A stretch of DNA of 64,000 nucleotides. Origin: Candidatus Magasanikiibacteriota bacterium (GTDB taxonomy: Bacteria > Patescibacteriota > Patescibacteriia > Magasanikbacterales > GWA2-37-8). The translations under genes were made by a program, and so were the position numbers. Under the pieces are notes generated by a model. That model did not search any database. It had not been told where the DNA came from and worked only from the letters and a program-made list of their open reading frames with translations. Shown in pieces: positions 21,442 to 31,278 of this stretch. Every line of letters begins with the position of its first letter. Positions within the stretch are counted from its first letter, which is position 1. The DNA lies in the NCBI GenBank assembly GCA_026396515.1, contig JAPLWQ010000002.1:125575-189574 (forward strand). The letters are read 5' to 3'.

Positions 21442-22009
21442 ATGTTTTCAATATTTTATTCAACCGCTTTTTTGCTCTGCTAATCAACGTACCGATAGTA
21501 CTCGCCGGCTTACGCAAAATATCCGCCATTTCTTCATAAGTTCTTTCTTCTAAATATTTTAACACGATGGCATCGCGATATTTTTCCGGCAAACGGTCAA
21601 TAGCTTTTTCAAGCCGCGCTCTATCCATCCTTGCATTCATTTCATTATGCATATCATCCCCGCTTTTTATTTTCTCCCAGTCCTCATTCTCAAGAATCAC
21701 ACTCGGTCTGGCTTTTCTTTTACGCCATTCACTGATCGTTTCATTGTGAACAATGCGATATAGCCATGAAGAAAATTTCAGCTTTCTGTCAAAATCATTC
21801 AGATTCAAATATGCCTTTATGTATGATTCCTGTAAAATATCTTCGGCGTCTTCACTGCGTAAACCGGACAAACGGCGGATATATGCGAGAAGCCGGCCCT
21901 GATACCGGCGCATCAAAACTCCAAAAACCTCGCTTTTTTTAATGGAAAGCGACACGAGCTCTTCATCAGCCATTGTTTCTAACTGTCCGTTTGGCATAAA
22001 TGGATACAT
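21431..22009 (-). CDS. ECF sigma-70 factor
   Basis: DAEDILQE, FSSWLYRI (region 2); LPEKYR...TYEEMA...TIGTLISRAKK (region 4). Confidence 0.93.
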   Translation of the reverse strand: MYPFMPNGQLETMADEELVSLSIKKSEVFGVLMRRYQGRLLAYIRRLSGLRSEDAEDILQESYIKAYLNLNDFDRKLKFSSWLYRIVHNETISEWRKRKARPSVILENEDWEKIKSGDDMHNEMNARMDRARLEKAIDRLPEKYRDAIVLKYLEERTYEEMADILRKPASTIGTLISRAKKRLNKILKTYGA

Positions 22010-22012
22010 CTA

Positions 22013-22042
22013 TATTACGGATAGCATAACAGGTTTATTTCA
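22013..22042 (-). promoter_or_regulatory. Putative autoregulatory ECF promoter TGAAAT-N17-CGTAATA
   Basis: Directly upstream of the sigma gene; same -10 CGTAATA as the element at 20648. Confidence 0.5.
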
Positions 22043-22087
22043 AACAAAAAACCCCCAGCCCAAGGCTGAGGGTTTTATCAAATTTCT

Positions 22088-23317
22088 TTATTCCGCTTTC
22101 TTTTCCTCTTCAACCTGTCCGGCTTCAGCAACGGCCTCAACCGCAGCCAATTCATCCAATTTTTTTACTACTTCCTCTTCATCATTTTTCTGGTCTTCCA
22201 CCACTTTTGCGGCTGCTTCAGCTTTGCGCCCGGTCTTGCCTTTTACACCGGCCATACGCAAGCCCAAACGATGCTCTGCCGGCTCGAGCGACACTACCAC
22301 CATTTCCAGCTCCTGTCCGATTTTAAATTTATCGTTAATGTTGGCAATCGGATCATCAGAAAGTTCGGAGATGTGGGCTAACCCGTGTATCTCTTTATCC
22401 AGACTGACCATCAACCCGAACGGTTCAACTTTAATAATTTTTCCTTTCACGGTGTCACCGACTTTAAATTTATCTTTTACTTTCTTCCATGGGTCATCAA
22501 CCAATCTTTTTATGGAAAGATAAATTTTTGAGTGATCAAGTTGAATAATCTGGGCGCGGATCTTGTCCCCCACTTTCAGCAAATCTTTCGGGTGGTCGAT
22601 TCGTTGCCAGGCAATCTCGGAAATGTGCACCAGACCCTCGAGCCCTTCGCCGAATCTCACAAATACGCCGAATGAAGTAATGGCGCTAATTTCTCCGTCA
22701 ACTACATCACCCACTTTATAGGCCTCAAGCACGGCTTTCTGATCATCTTCCCAGACAGCTTTTTCCGACACAATCAACTTTTCTTCTTTCTCATTTACAT
22801 CTATCACTTTTACTTCCAAATCCTGGCCAATCATTTCCTGCAGTTTTTCAAAAATGATATTTTTATCGCCGCCGGCCACGCGCGGATAATGATCCGGGTT
22901 AAGCTGTGACACCGGCATAAAGCCGTTAATCGCACCCACCTGCACCATCAAACCGCCCTTATTGGCGGAATATACTTTCGCTTTAATAGTTATACCCTGA
23001 GCCATCCACTTTCTCATATTGTCCCATACGCGCTGCATGCCGGCAATACGAAATGATAATTCCATTTCACCATTTTCATTTTCCAAATCTATCACTGTAG
23101 CCTCCGTTTCGTCGCCCGGTTTCAAATCGGAATACTCTCGGGACTCGGAGAACATTTCACGCCCGCGGACAATCGCGGTCGTTAAATTCTGTACATCAAT
23201 GCGCACTTCGTTTTTATCAACTGAAATGATTGTGCCCTTTACGATATCACCGATATTCGGAAAGGCCATTAAATGGTCCTCAAGCAATTTTTTGAAGTCC
23301 TGTTTTGGATCTGTCAT
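22088..23317 (-). CDS. rpsA: 30S ribosomal protein S1 (four S1 domains)
   Basis: Repeated S1 motifs (NKGGL, FGVFV..EGLVHISEI, GLAHISEL). Confidence 0.9.
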   Translation of the reverse strand: MTDPKQDFKKLLEDHLMAFPNIGDIVKGTIISVDKNEVRIDVQNLTTAIVRGREMFSESREYSDLKPGDETEATVIDLENENGEMELSFRIAGMQRVWDNMRKWMAQGITIKAKVYSANKGGLMVQVGAINGFMPVSQLNPDHYPRVAGGDKNIIFEKLQEMIGQDLEVKVIDVNEKEEKLIVSEKAVWEDDQKAVLEAYKVGDVVDGEISAITSFGVFVRFGEGLEGLVHISEIAWQRIDHPKDLLKVGDKIRAQIIQLDHSKIYLSIKRLVDDPWKKVKDKFKVGDTVKGKIIKVEPFGLMVSLDKEIHGLAHISELSDDPIANINDKFKIGQELEMVVVSLEPAEHRLGLRMAGVKGKTGRKAEAAAKVVEDQKNDEEEVVKKLDELAAVEAVAEAGQVEEEKKAE

Positions 23318-23445
23318 ATTTAACGCAAAAAAATCCGCTTATCCCTTCGCGTCTTTGCGCGAGCAGGTTCCCACCACTAAATTGGGCGGGATTATTATGA
23401 ATTATTTTGTAAAGTGAGTATATATGATAACAGGCAACCTGTCAA
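23318..23445 (-). promoter_or_regulatory. rpsA promoter and hairpin-containing leader
   Basis: TTGACA (23440-23445)-17-TATACT (23417-23422); leader hairpins TCCCGCC/GGTGGGA and TCGCG/CGCGA. Confidence 0.6.
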
Positions 23446-23536
23446 GATTATCTCCATATCACGGCCAAAAGACCGCTATTTTCGCTTGATAGGGCGCTAA
23501 AAATGCAGTATAATGACAATGTAAATAATCAATATT

Positions 23537-24400
23537 ATGTTCTATTATATTATCGGCGCCTTAATACTTCTAACCAACAAGGTGCGTTATTATATTTTTG
23601 GCTATGGCCATCCACGGCCATTTTCAGTTGCCGACATCGACCGGACAATAAATTATGATTTGGATGTTTTTGATGGATGGATGAAGCAGCTGAAAAACTA
23701 TTCAGGCGCGAGTGACATAAAGGGTAAAAAAATTCTGGAGCTCGGTCCGGGTGCTGATCTTGGCAATGCCTTTATCGCCCTCGCCCACGGTGCCGCTTCC
23801 TACACTGCTTATGATGCCAACCCTTTGGCAAAAAATTGTTCGGACTCTTTTTATGAAAAATTATTTTCCGTGCTGGCTGAAAAATTCGGCGCCTCCATCG
23901 ATCTGTTCAGAGATGAACTGTCAAAACTCAAAAATAACAGTGGCCGCATTCGCTATATCTGCAACAAAAATTTTGATTTATCGATTTTGAAAACCCAAAA
24001 ATTTGATTATTTTTTCAGTCAGGCGGCTTTTGAACATTTTGATAATGTCGAAAAAGTTTTAAGTCAAATATCTTTAATAGCAACACCCAGTGCGATATTG
24101 ATTGCAGAAATTGACCTGCAGACGCACACGCAAATCATCCGCAACCGCGACCCATTAAACATTTACCGCTTCTCTGAATCTTTTTACCACTATTGCCATT
24201 TCAATGGAATTCCTAACCGCATCCGGCCTCAAACATATGCAGAGTTGCTCAAAAACAATGGCTGGAACAACATTCAGGTGATTCCGCTAAACAAATTGGG
24301 GCAGAAAGAAATGGAAAGAATCAGGCCGGAACTTAACAGAAAATATACTGTCGACCCGCATCTGAACCACTTAAGTTTTGTGTTGATCGGTTCGAAATAG
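23537..24400 (+). CDS. Class I SAM-dependent methyltransferase
   Basis: ILELGPG motif I; FDYFFSQAAFEH. Confidence 0.8.
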   Translation: MFYYIIGALILLTNKVRYYIFGYGHPRPFSVADIDRTINYDLDVFDGWMKQLKNYSGASDIKGKKILELGPGADLGNAFIALAHGAASYTAYDANPLAKNCSDSFYEKLFSVLAEKFGASIDLFRDELSKLKNNSGRIRYICNKNFDLSILKTQKFDYFFSQAAFEHFDNVEKVLSQISLIATPSAILIAEIDLQTHTQIIRNRDPLNIYRFSESFYHYCHFNGIPNRIRPQTYAELLKNNGWNNIQVIPLNKLGQKEMERIRPELNRKYTVDPHLNHLSFVLIGSK

Positions 24401-24538
24401 AGACAAATTATTTGGCATTAATAAATTGGCTTATTTTAGCCAAAAAATAGCCACAAAATATCCCCACTTCCGGCTTGATAAAGCTTGTTTTTTATGATAA
24501 AATGTTAATGCTTTGAAACAATAATTTTAGCGAATATT

Positions 24539-25162
24539 ATGCACATCAATTGGCTCGGCCAGACCTGCGTCAAATTGCAGACAAAAAACCTAAAAGACGA
24601 GGATGTTGTAATTCTAATTGACGCCTACCGGCCTTCTGTCGGTGATTTTCCGCGCAGTTTCACCCCTCAAATCGCCCTATACTCTCAAGGCGAAGATGAT
24701 GCCGCCACGCTTAGCCAGGATCCATTTATTCTACAAACTCTTGGCGAAGTGGAATTAAAAGACACGATGATCTATTCTTTGCCCGGGCCGGATGAAACCA
24801 TTGTTTTCAAAATTCTTTCCGAAGGGTTAACTATTGTGCATCTTGGACGCACTAATCACAAGCTAAACACAGAAACAATCGCCAAACTCGGCAATCCTGA
24901 TATTTTATTTGTGCCGGTTGGCGGTGAAAAGAACGGCACTCTTGAGGCCGAGGATGCCGCTGCTACCGTTACCGCGCTTGAACCGAGAATTGTCATCCCG
25001 ATGGCTTATCAATGCGACACTGACCCAAAAGCCGCTCTAATTTCTGAATTTATAAAAAATCTGGGATTAAAACCGGAAGCAACCGACAAAAAATTTATCA
25101 TTAAGAAAAAAGATCTGCCTCAAGAGGAAACAAGGTTGATGATTTTGGAAAAAAATTATTAG
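24539..25162 (+). CDS. MBL-fold protein (Lactamase_B_3-like) with degenerate metal site
   Basis: INWLGQTC, IDAY, HLG, DILFVPVGG, LEPRIVIPM motifs, but HxHxDH is replaced by SQGEDD. Confidence 0.75.
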   Translation: MHINWLGQTCVKLQTKNLKDEDVVILIDAYRPSVGDFPRSFTPQIALYSQGEDDAATLSQDPFILQTLGEVELKDTMIYSLPGPDETIVFKILSEGLTIVHLGRTNHKLNTETIAKLGNPDILFVPVGGEKNGTLEAEDAAATVTALEPRIVIPMAYQCDTDPKAALISEFIKNLGLKPEATDKKFIIKKKDLPQEETRLMILEKNY

Positions 25163-25163
25163 T

Positions 25164-25514
25164 ATGCGCAAAGAGGAAAAGAATCAAAGACAAATTCAAC
25201 ATATTTTGCAAAAAAGACGCATTATGTTTTTTTCCGTTTTAGCCGTGGCCATTATTATGACCGGCCTATGGGGCTTTACTCTGCGTAACCAGTTTCTTTC
25301 CTTCAACTGGGCCGGCTCATCCGAAACGAACCTTTTCAAAGCGGCAAAAAGTGACTTGCAAGAGGCGTCTGATATAATTGAAAAACCGATCCGTGAGCAA
25401 GCGGCGGCAAAAGAACAGGTGCGCAGTACGCTTCAAAATATTATTGACAATGCCGTCAGTAGCGGCACTTCCGAGCTAATCGCTTCCACCACTTCAGCCA
25501 CTTCAACAAATTAA
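25164..25514 (+). CDS. Hypothetical single-TM protein
   Basis: One TM helix; tightly packed between the MBL gene and gyrA. Confidence 0.55.
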   Translation: MRKEEKNQRQIQHILQKRRIMFFSVLAVAIIMTGLWGFTLRNQFLSFNWAGSSETNLFKAAKSDLQEASDIIEKPIREQAAAKEQVRSTLQNIIDNAVSSGTSELIASTTSATSTN

Positions 25515-25531
25515 TTGTTTTTTGGTTTTTT

Positions 25532-28024
25532 ATGCAAGAAAAAATGTCATTACCCTCTTCCGATAATATCGGCAAACTAATTGCCGCTCCGATCGCCGAA
25601 GAAGTCAAACAGTCATATTTGGAGTATGCCATGAGCGTAATAGTTTCGCGCGCTCTGCCGGACGTGCGGGACGGTTTTAAACCGGTTCACCGGCGCATTA
25701 TGTATGCCATGTGGGATGTTGGGCTGAAACACACATCAAGATACCGAAAATCAGCGCATGTGGTCGGCGAGGTAATGGCCAAATATCACCCGCACGGCGA
25801 TGCCGCCATCTATGATTCCATGGTCCGCATGGCGCAAGATTTTTCCATGCGCCAAGTGTTTGTTGACGGACAGGGCAATTTTGGCTCAATGGACGGCGAC
25901 CCTGCCGCTGCAATGCGCTATACCGAGGCACGACTTGCTTCTTTGGCCGAAGAAATGCTTTTTGATATTGATAAAAATACCGTTGATTTTATTCCTACCT
26001 ATGACGGTTCTCATCAAGAACCCACGGTCCTGCCTTCAAAAGTCCCCAATCTTCTGTTGAATGGCACTATGGGCATTGCCGTGGGCATGTCCACCTCCAT
26101 ACCGCCGCATAATTTAGGCGAGCTCTGCGACGGCGTATCATTATTAATTGAAAAACCAAAATCAACCATAGAGGAACTAGCCGAAATTATTAAAGGTCCG
26201 GACTTCCCCACCGGCGGCATTATTTACAATAAAAAGGATATCGCCGCCATGTATGCGACCGGCAAAGGCGGAGTAGCACTTCGGGCAAAAGCTGAAATCC
26301 AGGAAACTAAAACCGGCCACTTTCAAATAATTATCACTGAGGTCCCCTATCAGGTAAATAAGGCAACACTGCTTGAAAAAATCGCCAACCTGGTGCAGGA
26401 GAAAAAAATCGAAGGCATCAAAGATCTCCGCGACGAGTCAAACAAAGACGGCGTACGCGCGGTTATTGAACTCAAAAAAGATTCTTATCCGAAAAAAATT
26501 CTGAACCAACTGTTCAAGATGACTGAGTTGCAGACAACTTTCCACAGCAACATGCTGGCATTGGTTGACGGCATCCAACCGCGCATATTGAACTTAAAAA
26601 CCATTCTCGAAGAATTTATCAAACACCGCCAGGTGATTATCCGCCGCCGCACGGAGTTTGATTTGGAAAAAGCCAAAGACCGCGCCCATATTTTAGACGG
26701 ATTAAAAATGGCACTGGACCAAATTGATTTGGTGATCAAAACTATCCGCGCTTCACAAGATAAGGACGAAGCAAAAATCAATTTGATTAAAAAATTCAAA
26801 TTTTCCGACCGGCAAGCTACTGCAATTTTAGAAATGAGGCTACAGCAGCTGGCCAACCTTGAACGCCAAAGAATTGAAGACGAACTAAAAGAAAAAAAGG
26901 CCTTAATAAAGGAATTGGAATCAATTCTTGTTTCCGAATCTAAAATTCTTAAAATTATTAAAACCGAAACTGAAGAAATTAGGGCCAAATATGCCCAACC
27001 GCGACGAACACAGATTGTCGCGCACGGCATAAAAGAATTTACCGTAGAAGATCTTGTTCCAAACGAGTCAACAATGATTGTCGTTACAACCGATGGCTAC
27101 GTGAAGCGCTTGCCACCGGACACTTTCCGACAGCAATCCCGCGGAGGAAAAGGCGTGATAGGCGTCACCACCAAGGAAGAAGAATCGGTTGACCAAATAC
27201 AGATGACCAACACACACGACAGCGTGTTGTTCTTTACGAACCGCGGCCGTGTCTTCCAGCTTTTTGCCTACGACATCCCTCAAGGAAGCCGCACGGCAAA
27301 AGGGCAGGCCTTGGTAAATTTCCTTCAGTTGGCGCCGAATGAGAAAGTGACAGCCCTTCTAACGATGGGCAATTTATCAGAAATTAAATATCTTGTAATG
27401 GTGACAAAAAAGGGTTTAATCAAAAAAACAGCGCTTGAGGATTTTTCGAATGTACGCCGTAGCGGCCTGATCGCCTTAAAACTTAAAAGCGAAGACTCAA
27501 TGGAGTGGGTCAAGCCATCAAGCGGGCACGATGAAGTCAGTATAATCACGCTTAAAGGCCAAGCCATCCGCTTTGATGAGGGCGACGTGCGCCCTATGGG
27601 CAGAAACGCCGCCGGTGTGCGCGGTATGCGCTTGCATGACAAAGATGAGGTGATTTCTATGGACATTGTTGACCCAAAAAATAAAAATTTGGAACTTCTG
27701 ATAGTGGGTGAAAACGGCATCGGCAAGCGCACGCCTCTTGCCCAATACAAAGTTCAAGGACGCGGCGGCAGCGGCATCAAGACAGCCGAAATAACGCAAA
27801 AAACCGGCAACTTAATCCATGCCAGGCTTGTTGACGGGTCAAAAGAGGAAAAATATGATCTACTCTTAATGTCCGCCAAGGGTCAGGTTATCAGGTTGCC
27901 TTTAAAAACCGTTTCCGTGTCCGGAAGGGCTACCCAAGGCGTCCGGCTGATGAGATCCAAGGAGGAAGGCGACCGTGTGGCGAGCGTAACGGTTATTGAA
28001 AATAATGGAGACGCACTGGCATAA
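25532..28024 (+). CDS. gyrA: DNA gyrase subunit A
   Basis: [25 protein letters not shown], GyrA-box QSRGGKG and C-terminal pinwheel repeats. Confidence 0.97.
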   Translation: MQEKMSLPSSDNIGKLIAAPIAEEVKQSYLEYAMSVIVSRALPDVRDGFKPVHRRIMYAMWDVGLKHTSRYRKSAHVVGEVMAKYHPHGDAAIYDSMVRMAQDFSMRQVFVDGQGNFGSMDGDPAAAMRYTEARLASLAEEMLFDIDKNTVDFIPTYDGSHQEPTVLPSKVPNLLLNGTMGIAVGMSTSIPPHNLGELCDGVSLLIEKPKSTIEELAEIIKGPDFPTGGIIYNKKDIAAMYATGKGGVALRAKAEIQETKTGHFQIIITEVPYQVNKATLLEKIANLVQEKKIEGIKDLRDESNKDGVRAVIELKKDSYPKKILNQLFKMTELQTTFHSNMLALVDGIQPRILNLKTILEEFIKHRQVIIRRRTEFDLEKAKDRAHILDGLKMALDQIDLVIKTIRASQDKDEAKINLIKKFKFSDRQATAILEMRLQQLANLERQRIEDELKEKKALIKELESILVSESKILKIIKTETEEIRAKYAQPRRTQIVAHGIKEFTVEDLVPNESTMIVVTTDGYVKRLPPDTFRQQSRGGKGVIGVTTKEEESVDQIQMTNTHDSVLFFTNRGRVFQLFAYDIPQGSRTAKGQALVNFLQLAPNEKVTALLTMGNLSEIKYLVMVTKKGLIKKTALEDFSNVRRSGLIALKLKSEDSMEWVKPSSGHDEVSIITLKGQAIRFDEGDVRPMGRNAAGVRGMRLHDKDEVISMDIVDPKNKNLELLIVGENGIGKRTPLAQYKVQGRGGSGIKTAEITQKTGNLIHARLVDGSKEEKYDLLLMSAKGQVIRLPLKTVSVSGRATQGVRLMRSKEEGDRVASVTVIENNGDALA

Positions 28025-28070
28025 ATTTATTTAAAAAAAACCGCCAGCCTGGGGCTGGTGGTTTTTTATT

Positions 28071-28499
28071 TTATATAATTTTCATTTTTTTTAACCAATA
28101 ATCCCAAATCGGTTCAAGAGTCAACGTTTTTATCTCTTCCGGTGTGTACCAGCCAATCGATTTCTCTTCCAACGTAAACAAAGCCGGTTCGCCCTCGCAT
28201 ACGCACTCATATACATACCAATAATGAACCGATATCCCCCGACTGCAGACATTCCCATCCGCTTCTTCTTCAAAAATCTTTTTACTCTGAACAATTTGTA
28301 AACCGCTTTCCTCCTGCACTTCTCTCACCAGTGCTTCTTCCGGCGTCTCGCCTTCTTCAATATGTCCGGCGATGCAGGCAAAACCCATTGGAAATATTTT
28401 TCTGTCTATCATTAAAAATTTTCCGTCGCGTTTTATCACCGCGGAAGCAGTAAAGTGCATCAGATGTCCTTTTGTTGATTGTCCTGTTTTTGCCGGCAT
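28071..28499 (-). CDS. NUDIX hydrolase
   Basis: AGHIEEGETPEEALVREVQEESGL Nudix box. Confidence 0.9.
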   Translation of the reverse strand: MPAKTGQSTKGHLMHFTASAVIKRDGKFLMIDRKIFPMGFACIAGHIEEGETPEEALVREVQEESGLQIVQSKKIFEEEADGNVCSRGISVHYWYVYECVCEGEPALFTLEEKSIGWYTPEEIKTLTLEPIWDYWLKKMKII

Positions 28500-28516
28500 A
28501 AATTAGTATTATTATG

Positions 28517-28588
28517 TGCCCTCGGCGCGAATCGAACGCGCACCATCTCCTTCGGAGGGAGATATTCTATCCATTGAACTACGAGGAC
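28517..28588 (-). tRNA. tRNA-Arg(CCG)
   Basis: Cloverleaf GTCCTCG...CGAGGGC-A; anticodon arm TCTCC-CTCCGAA-GGAGA; its first base overlaps the stop codon of the upstream gene. Confidence 0.93.
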
Positions 28589-29577
28589 TAAATCATCCGC
28601 CTTAAGGCCCGCAAACATCCATAAAATTTGTATCTCCAAGACGAAATGGAAAAATCAAACGTCCCCGGATCTTCCCGGTACTCACCGCCAAACCCCTGCT
28701 TAAACTTGGTCACGCCGGCATACTGATGATTATTATCATATTCATAATTGCCGTCCGCCTGCTGCCCGGTCTTGGGCGCTACACCAAAGAAATCATAAAA
28801 TTTGAAATCATACCTCTGACCCATTTTTATCCCTTCCCATTGGATCAAATATGGTGCCATTAAAGAACGGTGCTCGTAGTCGGATGCGCCAAATACATAA
28901 GTGAATGTATCCCCAAAACCGATGAAGACCGCAACAGCAATGGCCTTAGGTCCGTAATATACAGTGAGCTGGTGAGAAAGCGAAGAAAAAATAATTTCAT
29001 GATAATGCCGGGTTTCATGCAAGCGAAATTTATCACGCCTACCGGTTTCCTTCATCAGAGCCATAAATGCATCAGCATCTTTAGCATCACTAACGCGCAA
29101 ATCTTTTTTTTGCGCCAAATTAATATTGTACCGTGTTTTCTGATGCATATTGGCGAGCAGTTCATCAGGTGTATGCCTTAAACCCAAAATTAATGTCGCC
29201 CGCGGATTGAAATCAGGAACCTTTTCGGCGCCGGCGAAATTTCTCGACGGCTCAATTCTAAAAAAAATGCATTTTTTATCCGACAAATATTTTATCAATT
29301 CTTCGTTGATATTATTTATTGAACCCAACTCTAAATTCTTTTTATAAACCGGCCCCTTTGGGCAATACGCATATAGCCAGCCAAACGGCAATTTATGATA
29401 TTCGATAAGCGCCATTGCCACCGGTTCATTGTCGTCAAAAACAACCAGGCGCTCAATGTTTTTCCCTTCGCGCGATAATATCTCTTCCCATTCAAAGGAT
29501 TGGCAAAAAGGCGCCTTTTCAGCGTTTTCTTTTAGCCAGCTATTAACCATTTCATATTTTGTTTCAACTTTCAGCAT
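28588..29577 (-). CDS. FemABX-family peptidoglycan bridge aminoacyltransferase
   Basis: FCQSFEW, YCPKGP, KTRYNINLAQKK, YDFFGV, GVTKFKQGFGG. Confidence 0.9.
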   Translation of the reverse strand: MLKVETKYEMVNSWLKENAEKAPFCQSFEWEEILSREGKNIERLVVFDDNEPVAMALIEYHKLPFGWLYAYCPKGPVYKKNLELGSINNINEELIKYLSDKKCIFFRIEPSRNFAGAEKVPDFNPRATLILGLRHTPDELLANMHQKTRYNINLAQKKDLRVSDAKDADAFMALMKETGRRDKFRLHETRHYHEIIFSSLSHQLTVYYGPKAIAVAVFIGFGDTFTYVFGASDYEHRSLMAPYLIQWEGIKMGQRYDFKFYDFFGVAPKTGQQADGNYEYDNNHQYAGVTKFKQGFGGEYREDPGTFDFSISSWRYKFYGCLRALRRMI

Positions 29578-29647
29578 ATTTTATTTTGCCAATTAATCTT
29601 ATCTCATTAACTGGATTTTAGCAATTGAAAATGAAAAGCGCGTCTCC

Positions 29648-29693
29648 GGGGAGACGCGCTATACGGGTGTGGGGAGACGCGCTATACGGGTGT
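29648..29693. repeat. Perfect 23-bp tandem duplication overlapping a terminator arm
   Basis: GGGGAGACGCGCTATACGGGTGT x2; hairpin AGCGCGTCTCC/GGAGACGCGCT. Confidence 0.9.
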
Positions 29694-29706
29694 GGGGCGA
29701 CGCTCG

Positions 29707-29970
29707 TCATTCCAGGCGAGGAAGGACGAAACGTTGCCACCAGATTCCTGGTAAATCGACATCGGCGAGTTTATAGCACGAGTACAGCGAGGTCATGGCG
29801 CCAAGAACGTAAAACGTGGAAAACCATGGAGGGTGGTCAAACGCGCGTATGAATAGCCAGATGCCGACGACGAACAAAGCGATAATCGCGACCGATTGGA
29901 CCAGGACAACGCTTAATGTTGCCAGGCTGGAAACGATAACGAGCAGTGTTCTTTTTATCGCTTGTGCCAC
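29707..29970 (-). CDS. Small hypothetical membrane protein in its own cassette
   Basis: SD AAAGGAG before GTG; promoter TTGACA (30085-30090)-17-TATGAT (30062-30067); hydrophobic helices; own terminator. Confidence 0.55.
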   Translation of the reverse strand: MAQAIKRTLLVIVSSLATLSVVLVQSVAIIALFVVGIWLFIRAFDHPPWFSTFYVLGAMTSLYSCYKLADVDLPGIWWQRFVLPRLE

Positions 29971-30094
29971 AACAGCTCCTTTCTATCGGCGGCCCCTGGT
30001 ACAGGTAACCAGCACGATGACTGTGTTGAACGCTCCGATTTCTCCTCCTTTTTGATACATCATCATATGTGTTTTTATAAACAATGTCAATATT

Positions 30095-30835
30095 AAAAAA
30101 CCCCCCAATGAATCGGGGGGTTAGAAGGAACTGTGTTTGTTTTTTTTGGAGTGAGAGCTCCGTGCGCGTTCTCCTATGGAGTGTGACCGCCTCGGCGGTC
30201 ACTGGCACTCGGCATCCCTTTGGACATTTGTCCGCGGCCCGGGTTTTTCCCCGGTTCTCCTCTTGCCGCCGGCGTTTGGCTTCTTAGGCCATTAGGGGGA
30301 CGCCGTCCCTGGTTTATCACTTCCGGACTGGAAATGAAGACCACTTAATACCTCGTTCAGTTCTGACGGATCAGACCGGATCAGACAGCGGGATTACCCG
30401 CCAATCAGATCCCTGAACAAGAGTACCGCCAGGTAATTTTTGTTCCCCATTACAGGGGTCAAAGGTTGCCCGGCTACCTATCGCATCATTTTTTTCAGCG
30501 CGATGCGACACGCGCTCTTAGTTCTCGGGTCGTAGATCTATCGAGAAACATGGTAACCTCCTTCTGCGCCTGGGTTTGTTTTCAATGTTGTGTTTTTCCT
30601 TCTCACTGCGCCCGAACGTCTTCAGGGGCAGAATTAAAGGCCGAGATTCACGCGTTACTCGGCTTCGCGTCCACAGCGTGGATTCTCACAACTTTCGCCG
30701 GGGGGCATGTGATCTCCCCCACCCGTTCACGGGCGTTCGCTGATCTTGGCGTGTTGACGTCAGAGAAAGGGCATCTTTATCCTCCATTGCAGTGTTGTGG
30801 GTGACCGCGCCGCGTCGTTGCGCAGGTCAACCCTG
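30095..30835 (-). ncRNA. Candidate large structured RNA (unknown family)
   Basis: About 700 nt with no credible long ORF and more than a dozen GC-rich hairpins separated by A-rich linkers; ends in the CCCCCC..GGGGGG-T6 terminator at 30095-30122. Confidence 0.5.
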
Positions 30836-30840
30836 TGTTG

Positions 30841-31278
30841 TCAGCCCGCCTTGGCCGCCGGCGCCTTCTTGGCGCTGCGGGACTTGGGGGCCGCCTTGGC
30901 CGCCGGCGCCGGGAGCTGAGCCACGGGGGCCTGCTCCGACACCGGGAGGTCGAGACCGCCGAAGATGTCGGCGAACGTCCCGAGGGCGGCCGACACGCGC
31001 TTCTCGCGCTTGGCCTCCCACTCCTCGATCGCGGCCGCGCTCTCGGAGAACCGGTAGAACATCCGCTCGAGGGGCTTGCCGGTGGTCTTGGCCACCAGCT
31101 TGGCGCGCTCGAGGATGCTCTCCTTGCACTCCCCGCAAGCCACGAACTCCGCCAGGTCCGCCACCTTCGCGGGGCGTCCGAGCTTGCGGTCGATCTTGCG
31201 CAGCGGCGGCACGAACGCGTGTGCCTCGTCCATCTCAGCGCCGCAACCGTCCACGATACACACCAATTTCTTGGACAT
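30841..31278 (-). CDS. GC-rich hypothetical protein with CxxxxC/CxxC (putative zinc) motif and Ala/Lys-rich tail
   Basis: SD AAGGAGG before ATG 31278 (MSKKLVCIVDGC...CGEC...KAAPKSRSAKKAPAAKAG). Confidence 0.7.
   Translation of the reverse strand: MSKKLVCIVDGCGAEMDEAHAFVPPLRKIDRKLGRPAKVADLAEFVACGECKESILERAKLVAKTTGKPLERMFYRFSESAAAIEEWEAKREKRVSAALGTFADIFGGLDLPVSEQAPVAQLPAPAAKAAPKSRSAKKAPAAKAG

Noticed and set aside
29648-29697. Possible CRISPR repeat
   Set aside because: Only two adjacent copies, with no spacers and no cas genes.
30095-30835. tmRNA, RNase P, SRP or CsrA-sponge identity for the structured region
   Set aside because: No tRNA-like T-arm with CCA end, no GAGGAAAGUCC, no SRP loop motif, and the GGA motifs are mostly not in hairpin loops.
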